DNA from: Antechinus flavipes
Lineage: Eukaryota
Assembly: GCF_016432865.1 (NCBI RefSeq)
Contig: NC_067401.1
Location: 41,292,001 to 41,356,000 of the forward strand
Direction: 5' to 3'
Length of the DNA stretch: 64,000 bases
Shown piece by piece: positions 1-11,000 of this stretch. The notes under the pieces are model-generated. The model did no database searches and was not told where the DNA came from. It saw only the letters and a list, made by a program, of their open reading frames with translations. Within the stretch, counting starts at the first letter, position 1, and every line of letters begins with the position of its first letter. Both the position numbers and the translations under genes were made by a program.

Positions 1-93
1 GGGGTCTCCTCTGAGCATTGAAGTAGGGGATTGAGAAGGCTAGAATGTGTGTTTCCTTCTTAATGTTCTCTCCTTTTTTTTTTTTTTTTCCAG

Positions 94-279
94 AGGGCAA
101 GGGCAGCATCAGAAGCCAGAACCATGGACATGGTGTGGTGGTGGTGGGGCTGGCCCATAGCACTGATATGAGCTGGACTTCTCTGACATGAAGAACCTCA
201 GATCTGAGAAGTTAGACCTTGGATGAAAGAATGGATCCAGAATAAAAGCATGGAAGAAACCAGCTTTGTGGGAAATAAA
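94..279 (+). other. Probable terminal exon of the upstream gene (ANKRD35 by synteny)
   Basis: Long T tract plus CAG acceptor at 91-93, then AATAAA at 241-246 and 274-279. Gene identity is inferred only from the recalled mammalian order ANKRD35-PIAS3; no protein match was recognised. Confidence 0.4.
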
Positions 280-1186
280 GCAGGAGGCAGTATGGTGTTC
301 TCTATCATTGCTTCTTTGGTCTGGGGCCAGGGTAGACATGCATTTCCTAGCTCCTTTGGGATTAGCCACAAATGACTTCTCCCCCTAGGTGAGGTCATTG
401 ATGTGACTCTCTTGCCAACACTTTCATATGGAGATAACTACAGTATCTTCTCTTCCTTAAGGCCACTGAGTCACGATGTGCTTTTTGTCTAGTGTGGAAA
501 GACATCAAGGTAGAGAACTAGCTTCTGTTCCAACCAGAGTGAAGTGTAGACAGCTCTCCTATCCCCCACCAGTTCTTTTTTCAGCTAAGACAATGGAGCT
601 TCTTTTATTTTATAAAGACTTGTACTACTTCCTCCTGTGTACCCCCCCCCCAAAGCTACCATTTGGCTGAGTGAGAGTATGGCCCCTGTAGCCTTGGAGG
701 TTGGTCTGACAGCCCCAACACTGGTCCCTTCAAACTCTAATGGAGGCACATGATAGGGGATAAAGAGCTGGCCTTGAATCCAAATTATGGGTTTAAGATC
801 TGTCTCTGAATACCAGTCATATGGACTTCAGACAATTCACTTAAATTCTAAAGTCTATTCTCTATTCTCTATTGGTAAAAGGAGTTTCCTTACTTGGGAT
901 TTTCTTATAACAATAAAAACACAAGCCCAGGTCTATCATCTGATGGGTTAAGTAGGGCTTTGGTTGACAGTGAAGGAATCTTTGCAGCCTGTCTCCTCCA
1001 AATCCACTTTACACAATCCCCAAAGGCCTTTGGGGCACATGAATCCCAAGAGGAGGTGGGGTGTGTGAAGACAGTGGCTGGCATGTGTTGGGGAATGGGG
1101 ATTGATGTGTTGCTGAACAGAACTCATTTGCCTGTACTTTGGCTGGTAAGCTTCAGGTTTAAACATTTCCATATGGGAGATGACAG

Positions 1187-1189
<3 letters not shown>

Positions 1190-1221
<32 letters not shown>
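1190..1221. repeat. (GT)16 microsatellite
   Basis: Directly visible. Confidence 0.97.
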
Positions 1222-1228
<7 letters not shown>

Positions 1229-2189
1229 TGGGAGAGGAGAATGGGGAGGTGATACTTGAAGGAGAAGGGCTGTGGGAGTGTGTAGGGTGTGTTCAGCTAC
1301 TTTCTCCAGGACTGGGATGGGGGAGGAGCAGCTGCGAATCTGGATCAGCCCCCCAGGGACTGTTCCTGTGGTCCATGAGTAGGTCAGCTCGGGTGTTGGG
1401 GGTGGAGAGTGCTTTAAGCCATGGGGGAATGGGAAGGAAGGATAGAATGGAGGAGTGGGAAAGATAGGTAAAACATCTCTAAGGAGAATGTCCTATAGGT
1501 CCTGCTCACTTGTGATCATCCCGATAGAATTTCTCCTATTGCGCTTGAGCTTGTTTTTTATTCATCATTATATGTCCTGAGTTCAAATGAAAAGGAGAAA
1601 AAACTGAAGCAAGGTAAAAGTTTTTTTTTTTTTTTTTTTTTTTTTTAGAGGCGTGGGTCTGAACAAGGTTTATAGACTGAATCAGGAAGAGCTCTGGTAA
1701 TAGAAATCAAACCTCTAGGGTTTCTGGAAAGCTTGGACCAGGATACAGGGATTTGAGGAAAGGAGGATGGCTGGTAGTCCTCCCCACATCCCAAACCCTA
1801 AAATACCATTTTATTTTAAAATAAACATCTAAGATTTTTGGATGCTGGAATTCATTTTATAAATAAACTTTTTCCTCAATGGAAGGCACAGTAATCCCAG
1901 TCCTCACCCTGTCTGCTTGGCTGATTGTTATTAAAGTGTTGTCTGTACTGGGGGTGAATGTGAGATCTTGGATTCAAAACAGTGAATTGGAGACAAATTA
2001 CCTTGAAAGAAGCAGCAGGACATGACTCTGTTTATGAGGTGTTTGAGTCTGGCTGGCTAGATTGGATTGAATCAAAAGGAAGCAACCTGAAAATCTGGAA
2101 AGGGAGGAGGACTTCCTCAGGGCTAACACATAATGTGTTAGGTACCACACAAAATTTATTAACAATAGCACTTACATGGTGCTTTAAGG

Positions 2190-2407
2190 TTTATAAAACA
2201 CTTTGGAAATATTGTCTCATTTTATCCCCACAACAACCCTGAGAGGGAAATGCCTTTATCACCAGCCCCATTTTCCAGATGGGGACACTGAAGCAGAGAG
2301 AGGTGAAGAGACTTAGTTGCCCAAGGTCACTTAGTAAATATGTGAGGCAGAATTTGAACTCAGGTTGTCCTGGCTCTAGGCCCATCACTTTATCCACTGT
2401 ACCACCT
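2190..2407 (-). mobile_element. CORE-SINE (MIR/Mar1-like)
   Basis: Reverse-strand core (cccattttccagatggggacactga...cccaaggtcac) and tRNA-derived head (gaatttgaactcagg...tccactgtaccacct). Confidence 0.8.
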
Positions 2408-3649
2408 ATCTTTATAGAAAACTTGTTCCAGAACCTAGTGAGCTAGACTGTCCTCAGTCTATCTTACCCTCCTATGGGGGAGTGGAGGTGGGCATGTCAG
2501 AATAGAGCATGATTCAGTGGAAGGATTTTTAGGGGACAAATAGGTCAACTTCATCTAACAGATGAGGAAACTGGGGCCCAGAGAGATAAATTGATTCACT
2601 AAGATCACACAATGGTGAGAGAGATAGAACAGAATAGACTCAGGTCCTCTGATTCCAAATCCAGCCTGACTTTCCAACGAACCTTCACCACAGGGAGATC
2701 AACTCTAGGATACTCCTTTGCATCCCACATGGTGGCTAGGAAAAATCCTTCTTTGGGATAAACTATATGGAGTTGGCCTGGGTGAATTCTGTAGCTTTGA
2801 AATTCTACAGTCCTATACTAGAAGGACTACTACTCCTGTCCACCTATGATGTGAATACATGGTCATCAAAGATGGCCTTTAGACTGAGGTAGCTGACAGA
2901 GCCAGCCACCTAATTTTTAGGGCTGCCCATAAATTATTTGTCAAGTCAGAAACAGGCTTCAATAAGGAAAGAAGCTAGTTAGTGACATCTGTCTGTCAAG
3001 AAGAGCCTCCTGGGAAGCAAGAGAGGATGGGGAGGTCCCAACTAGTTTAAGTTTTCCCTACATTCACCTCACCTCCTCCATCCTTCAAGAAGTGTGAGTA
3101 CCTCGGAAAGGTATGTATTCGGGGGAGGGGCAGTCAAGGTACCCCTATAATTAAAGCTTTCTGGGCTTCTTTTCAGGAAGGGTTTCAGTAGGATGGGCAT
3201 GGGGCTATCTAGAAAACAACACGGGGCTTTGGCCGCACGGGGCACAAATGATGCCTCCGAGACTTCCTATATCTGTTAGTCTGGGCAAGTCATAGCCTCC
3301 CTGGGTCTCAGTTTCCTTATCTGTAAAATGAAGTGGTAGGATTAGAATGTGGCTTCCGGCTCTAGAACTGAGCTTTTAGGAAGCTGGTGAGTCCACTGAT
3401 ACATTGTAACCGAGGTAAGTAACCCTGTGTGCGGAGCCGAAGGTGGGATGGCCTGGAGGTGTGAGGATGGGGACTTTCCCGAGCTTTTTTAGGTGACCTT
3501 TGCTGTACTTGATGCGCACCCTCGCCTCCACCCCAGTTTTCAAGTCTTCATCATTCTCCTTCCACGAAGCTCGAAGGGATGGGAGTTTTAGGGGAGGAAG
3601 AGATAGGGAAGAGGAGAACGTCTACACCCCAGGCTCAAGACTCCTAGAT

Positions 3650-5060
3650 TTAACTCTCGATTTGTCAATAGAAGGGGTTAATCCCCCCCCCCCCTCCTCG
3701 CCCGGCCTCGGGGTCCGCCTTCAGCACCGCCCCCTCTCCCGGGCCCGGACGGGTTTGCCCCGGAGGGGGGCGGCAAGGAGGCGGCCCCGGCCGGAATCTA
3801 GGACCGGACTGAGCTTCCTTGCACGGTGTCCGAACTGCCGGACCCAATCCGAGCGGAGGGGAGCGCGGGAGTGCGGGACCGCAGTTGATTACCCTCTCTG
3901 GCTACCCCACCTTCCGGTCCCACGCCCGGAGCCCCGGGGCCCCCTCCCCCATCCCTAGAGCCGGAGCTGGTAAGTCCCGCCCCCAGCACCAAACTTTTTG
4001 CTCCAAGGTTTCGGGTCCTCGGCCGGACCCTGAACAAGAACTTGGAGGTGGGGGTGGATGGGGAAAAGGGGGGCACAGTAGAACTCACGGCGGGCAAGTC
4101 CAGGAGTTCAGAGCCCCCCAAGGCAGAGCCGGAGTCTTGCAGACCCTACTCCCTAGGATCTCCTGCAGTTCTGGATCGCCCCTGCTATCCGGACTCTGAG
4201 AATCTGTGACTCCTTCACTGCTTCCGTGTCCCCAGCCCCGACTGAGTGCCCGCGGAGCCCCTCATCTCAGGGTCCGGTGTGTCCCTGAGTCCGAACGCCC
4301 CGTCCACTTTCCCTCCAGCATTCTGCCCCCGCAGGCACTCGCGGATGCCCCGGGAGGACTGTGTAGTCCCCGAATCTCCCCAGACGGGCTTCGGAGCCCG
4401 CAGCTGCCCCCGCCTTCCCCATCCCCCTCCACGCCAGATGTGCTGCGGCTGCCGCTTCCAATTGTGGGGGAGGGGGAGGAGGCCGAGGCCGTGGCCTGGC
4501 CGGAGTCGAACGGGCGGGGCTGGGAATGGGAGGGGGAGAGGCCAGGAGAGGAGGCCGAACGGGGCGGGGCGGGGCGGGCGATGTTTGCGGCCGGCCCCGG
4601 GGTGGGGAGTTGCGCGCCGGTCCCTGGGCCTGGGCTCCGGCGCCTGCGATGTCTCAAGATGGCGGAGCTGGGCGAGTTAAAGGTACCGGACCCCCGCGGA
4701 GCCTCCCGAGCCCGAGCCTCGCCAGCTCGGGCGGCGGGGAAGCGGGGGGAAAGCGGCAAGGCAGGGATGCGGGAGGCCCGGGGGCCGAGCCCGAGGGCGG
4801 CAGGAGAAGATGCGGGCGCGGGGACACCTGGAGAGGATGGACTTTGGGGGCAGGGACGCGGGGGACGAGGCGGGGGTCCCGGATTCGGGGCGGCGGCGAG
4901 GGCGATGCTCAGGGAGTCGGCGCCGTGGGCAGAACAGGGGCGGGGGCCTCCGGGGGCAGGGATGGAGGGGCAGGGCCCGCGGGGGGCAGGGCCACGGGGG
5001 CGGGGCTGGGGGGAGTCTAGCAGGGGCTCGGACCTTCGGGAGCAGGGGCATAGGGGAGCC
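3650..5060. promoter_or_regulatory. PIAS3: PIAS3 CpG-island promoter
   Basis: Dense CpG; CCAAT at 3844-3848; three tandem GGGCGG Sp1-type boxes at 4561-4578; surrounds coding exon 1. Confidence 0.85.
4659..4682 (+). CDS. PIAS3: PIAS3 coding exon 1
   Basis: MAELGELK; donor GT at 4683. Confidence 0.93.
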
Positions 5061-8000
5061 AGCGCTGTTTGGGCAGGGAGAGCACTAGCCCGGTAATTGG
5101 CATCTACGTAGCACTTTGAAATGGATAAAGCGCTGCAACGTACGTTATCTCTTCGGAGACACCCCACCGCTCCTGGAGGGAGGTTAGTACCGTACATACA
5201 TCGGGTTAGAGGGGAACATCCTCATTTGGAGGGGATGCGGGGAGATGGCTCTGTGGGAGGGCACCGGGAGAAGATGAGGCTGCGGGGAGGGCAGAGATGT
5301 CGGTTTGAGACGGTGGGAGGGCACAGAGTTAGGGTGGGAGAGAGCTGAGCTGGAGGGATGGAACTGGGGGAGGAGGGCAAGGCATAAGATTGTAGGAGTC
5401 CCAGGATTGTAGGGATGAAGCCGTGGAAAGGTACAGAGATGCAGGGAGCTGGCGGTGGGAGGGCACAGGGAGAGAATTGTGGGAGATGGAGGAGAGGTGG
5501 GGATGGGGCTCTAGGAGGGCACAGGAATATCCGGGGGAGGCAGAGCTGGGGGAGACAGCTGTGGGGAACAGGCAGAGGTGTGTGAATGAGATGGGAGAAC
5601 ACGAGGCATCGAGGATTGTAAGAGGGCCGATGTCAGGATGCAAATGTGGGGCTGTGGAGGTAAGAGAGAAATCTACAGGTGACAGAAGAAAGGAGGGGAG
5701 GCTCCATGTAGCGGTGACATGGAAGGGATTGCTTTCGGGGGAAAGGCCGCGAAATTGGCAGCCACATTCCTCAAAGAGCGCCCCGTCGTTAAGCTGTCCT
5801 CTGGTTGGTAGGGGGGAAGGCGGGCAGGAAAGGACAGGAAAGGGAAGCTTCCGAGGTGAAGGATAAAGGATGAGGAGACCCAGCCATTTACTCAGGACTG
5901 GCAGTGTCTCAGCCGAGATTCCCTTGTGGACTTGTCACCCCTTCTGCAGACTGGAAAGGAAAAGGGAACACCACTGATGAAGCACCTACTGGGTGCTGGG
6001 CACTCTGCTAAATGCTTTCCAAATGGTCTGTCCCTTGATGGATCCTTATATTGTCCGGAAGCTGCCCCTTCTCCTTTTGGAATGAAGCAATGTGTGGGGA
6101 CCCATTTTAGGTCTTGTTATGGGTGTCTTTGGTACTCCCTGTCAGGCGATTTCCCATTCCATTCTGCCTAGATGCTATCCCCTCCCTCTTCCTCCTCCAT
6201 CCCTAAGCCTCCTCCTCTCTGGGGGATCAGGTCAGAGCTTTACCATCTGGATCTCAGCAGGGGAGAGGAGCCACTCCTCCTTTCTTCAGGAATCGCTCCA
6301 GTCCTTCTACCCTTTATTAAAGGAAGGTCCCAGTTTATGTCAAATGAAGTACTCTGGTCCAAGGGGGAAAGCCAGTTCCTGGCAGCATCCTAGCATTGTG
6401 ATTTTTCTGTGCCCTGTGCTCTGGGCCTTAGTTTTCCTTCCCCCTGAAATGGGGAGATCTTGAGGTAGGGTCATGCTGTTGAAGGTGAAAAGGGATTTGA
6501 AGGGTATTGAAATCTTCCCTAGAAGCCTTGGCCTCCAGGCTTACATGGAATGAGGCATAAGTGGGGGCTGGGATTTACATAGAGATCCTCCAGCCACCTG
6601 GCCCTAGTCTCTCTGTTCCCCTCCCCCCCAGGATCTAACCCCCACTCTTCCTTCCTGTGTTACTTCCCTTTCTCCCTCTTTCCCTCCCTCTCTCCCTCCC
6701 TTCTTCCCTTTCTTCCTTCTCTTCTTCCCCCGCTTCCTTCTTNNNNNNNNNNNNNNNNNNNNNNNNNNNNNNNNNNNNNNNNNNNNNNNNNNNNNNNNNN
6801 NNNNNNNNNNNNNNNNNNNNNNNNNNNNNNNNNNNNNNNNNNNNNNNNNNNNNNNNNNNNNNNNNNNNNNNNNNNNNNNNNNNNNNNNNNNNNNNNNNNN
6901 NNNNNNNNNNNNNNNNNNNNNNNNNNNNNNNNNNNNNNNTTCTCTTTCCTTTTCTCCCGCTCTTCCTTCTTTCCCTTCTTCTCTTCTCTTCGCTTTCCTC
7001 CCTTCCTTCCTTCCTTCTTCCCTCCCTCCCTTCCTTCCTTTTTCCTCCCTCCCTTCCCTTTTTTCTTCCTTTCTCCTCCCTTCTTTCTCCCTTCCTTCCT
7101 TTCCCCCCTCCCTCCCTCCCTTCTTCTCTTCCCTTCCTTTCTCTCTCCTTTCCTCCCTCTTTTTCTTCTTTCCTCCCTTTCTTCCATCTTCCCTTCCTTT
7201 TTTCTTCCCTCCCTTCCTTACTTCCTTTTTCCTCCCTCCCTTTCATTTTTCCTTTTTTCCTCTTCCTTCTTTTTTCTCATTCCTTTACCTTATCTCTTAG
7301 AAAGCTGGGGTGGGCCTGGGAATCTAAAAATAAGTAAGAAAGAGGAGAAAGAAATTTTAAGGGGAGGGTTAGGAGCTTTGTGCTGCTGCCTAGTGTTAAG
7401 ATTAGGGAGGGAAGGAGGGAGGTGATGGGGAAGAGGGGAGATTACTGTTCCATTTCCAACTCTGTTTATGCTGGTTTTTCTGTTAGCTACCAAAGGGAAA
7501 GAGGTATGCTTAGGTGGCGGATGTTGGGGGGTGGGTTGGGAGACACCGAATGGGACCTGTTGAAACAGGAATTGGGAAGGACACCAATTGGGGGGGAATT
7601 CCAACCTCTTCTCTTAGAGTTGGGCCATCTCTTTCAGAGGCCCAAGCTATTCCATCTAGTCATGTGAAGTCAAGCTCTCTTTCTCTTTTTTGCTGAGGAA
7701 TTAGGGGTAAGTGACTTGCCCAGGCTCACAGCCAGGAAGTGTTCAGTGTCTGAGGTCACCTTTGAACTCACATCCTCCTGACTTCAGGGCCGGTGCTCTG
7801 TCCACGGGGCGGCCGCCTGTTAAGGGCTCTTCTCAATGATTCCTCAGCAGAAGGGTCTCCTTGGGATGGGCATCCCTCCTTAGCAGGGAGGTCGAGCTGT
7901 GGCTAATCTCAGACTGGGATCCTTGCCCCCAGCTCACCTGTGGCGCCTTCTCTTCCCAGCACATGGTGATGAGTTTCCGGGTGTCTGAGCTCCAGGTGCT

Positions 8001-11000
8001 TCTGGGCTTTGCAGGACGCAACAAGAGTGGGAGGAAACACGAACTACTGACCAAGGCCCTGCAGCTTCTCAAGTCTGGCTGTGGCCCCAGCGTCCAGATG
8101 AAGATCAAAGAACTTTACCGACGCCGCTTCCCCCGGAAGGCCCTCGTCCCTTCGGAGCTCTCACTGCTGTCTTGCCCCCAGGAGCTCCGCCCATCGTTCC
8201 TCCTGGCCCCCTGCCCCCTGCCCCCTCCAGCCTCCTGCCTTCAGGACCCCTCCTGGGGGGGCCCAAACGTGAGGCTGATGTCCATCCTTCCCTGCCCCAG
8301 CCAGTCCACCCTGATGTCACCATGAGGCCGCTACCTTTCTATGACATATACGGGGAACTCATCCGGCCCACCACTCTCGGTACGGAAGCTGCCCTGATCG
8401 CCTCCCCTGTACTTCTCCATTTACATTCCCCTTCTAAATAAGGAACCGAGCTCTTGGTCAGCGGCTCGATGGACTTAAATGCTGGGCCCTGGCAAATCAA
8501 GGCCTAGATTCTCACTAGCTGTACGACTCTGGGCAAGTCACTTAACCCTGTTTGCCTTAACCTACTGGAGCAGGAAATGGCAACCATCTTAGCATCCTTA
8601 CCAAGAAAACCCCGTGGCCAGTGTCACACCTTGGTCCACAGGGTCACACAGAATGGCACAACTGAACCTCAGCGTCCCAAAGCACCACTGGTTCTCAGGC
8701 AGGGGAGGCTTGCTTCCTTGGGGGGGGGACACCTACCTGCACAAGTAACTGTGTCTCTCTTCTCTGTGTACCTAGCATCCACAAACAGCCAGAGGTTTGA
8801 GGAGGCTCATTTCACTTTCGCATTGACGCCACAGCAAGTGCAGCAGATCCTCTCCTCAAGGTACCTGGACCTCCTCCCTCCGAGTCCCTTGTCCTTGGCC
8901 ATGTTTTTGAATCCTGGCCTTTGGGCCTCACATCTTGATCTGATCTGCCTTCTTTGTCTAAATTGGCTTTAGTCACCTTGCCTTCCCATCTGTTGCCCTC
9001 ACCCATCAGTTCTTTCCCATCTCTTTGTCCATCTCTCAGGCTTCTTTCTAGCCCTCTAGATTATCTCCTTCCTGTACCCCACCCTCTCAAATCTCTCCTT
9101 CTCTTTGTTTTAGGGATGTCCTGCCTGGGGCCAAGTGCGACTATACAGTACAGGTCCAGCTCAGGTGAGACATCTCCCAGAAGACACCCTTCTCACTGGG
9201 AAACACTGGTCCATGTCCCCTCTGAGTGGTGGTGGTGATGGTTTATAAACAGGAATTACAAAGGACCCAGAGAAATTTTGAAAATTCGATCTCCCGTGCT
9301 TGAAGTCTCAAAGCAGCTTTTCTTGTTTGCTATGAGACACACGCAACTTGATTTATCACAAAATAAATAGTCGTGCTATATGTAGAGTGGCTTTTTCTAA
9401 TGTCAAAAATATATCCATTTCAAAAAGTATAATTATAATGTTCCTCATTGTATTATCCATCTCAGATGTTGCTTGCCCATCGTCTAGGCCTTTTGTCAGG
9501 AGATTTTCATTCTTTGGAGGTAGATAATTCTTACATTTGGGGTGAAGGAAGTTTCTCTCTTGAATTTTGTAGGCAAGAAATATGTTTTATTCCTGGATTT
9601 GGCCCTTAATTTTTACCTATGTCTGCAGACTCACAGCTACAGGAGCTAGAACTCTGGACAGTAACTTCCTGTACCTTCTCTCCCCCTCCCCAAATCTTTC
9701 ATCAGGTTCTGTCTCTGTGAGACCAGTTGCCCCCAGGAAGATTATTTTCCTCCTAACCTCTTTGTCAAGGTTAATGGGAAACTGTGTCCCCTGCCGGTGA
9801 GTGACCCCTTCCCAGCCCCTTTCCCCACAACTTGTCCCGACAACATCCCCTTCCCAGGTGGTCCCCTTTTCCAAAGAGTCCCATCCCTACATCCTCATTC
9901 TTTCTGAATATTCTAAATGGGAATATTCTCCCAAAGGGGGTACGTATAACACTAGCCTCCCAAGGTCAAGTTTTGCATAAGATATGTGCAAACTCTGAAT
10001 TGCAGCCCCGAGACCAGGGCTGCTTCTGCCCTGACCTTCCCCATTTCTCTAGGGTTATCTTCCCCCGACCAAGAATGGGGCTGAACCCAAAAGACCCAGC
10101 CGACCTATCAACATCACATCCTTAGTCCGACTTTCAGCCACTGTCCCCAATACTATTGTGGTCAACTGGTCGTCTGAGTTTGGACGGGTGAGCTGGGGGT
10201 CTGGGGGTGAGCCGCGTGCGGGGGAAAAGCGGAGGGAGCCTGGGCCGTGTGGTGTCCGACGGGTGTTTCAGGGGAGGGGGATCGTTCGCAGACCCCCCTG
10301 CCACTGGGGAGTAAGTGACACAGTAACGGGGAACAGATGCTGACATTCTCCCCAGAATTATTCGCTGTCGGTGTACCTAGTGAGGCAGCTGACCTCAGTG
10401 ACGCTGCTGCAGAAACTGAGAGCAAAGGGCATCCGCAACCCAGACCACTCTCGGGCACTGAGTAAGTTCTCTCGCTGATCCCCGACCTTTCCTGGGGTCC
10501 CTTGCCCACCCAGCCCCGTTCCGTGCCTGCCCTCGCCGGCCCGACTCCCTCATCTTGGTTCTGATCTCGTTTCAGTCAAGGAGAAGCTGACCGCCGACCC
10601 TGACAGTGAGGTGGCCACCACCAGCCTGCGGGTGTCACTCATGTGCCCGGTGGGTACGGGAGGGGGAGACCCGAGATGGGCCCGGGGTGGGGGGCGGAGA
10701 AGGCCGAGCTGACTCCCGGATAAGGTGTCCCAGAAAGGGGAAGGTGGGCAGAGGAAACACGCTGAGAAGCCCTGCTTTTCCCCAGTTAGGGAAGATGCGC
10801 CTGGCTGTGCCGTGCCGGGCCCTCACCTGTGCCCACCTACAGAGCTTCGACGCTGCCCTCTACCTGCAGATGAACGAGAAGAAGCCCACGTGGACGTGCC
10901 CTGTGTGTGACAAGAAGGCTCCCTACGAATCCCTGGTCATAGATGGGTACGGCCACGTCCGCTCCCACTTGTCCAGGACGCCCAGATAAACCCCCTTCTT

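Noticed and set aside
4206-5197. Long overlapping ORFs (296, 311 and 164 aa) over the PIAS3 promoter
   Set aside because: Pro/Gly/Arg/Ala-rich translations typical of GC-rich DNA with few stop codons; only the 24-nt exon 1 is recognisably coding.
6635-7337. Lys/Glu/Arg-rich and Leu/Phe/Ser-rich ORFs
   Set aside because: Translations of a polypyrimidine tract read through an N gap.
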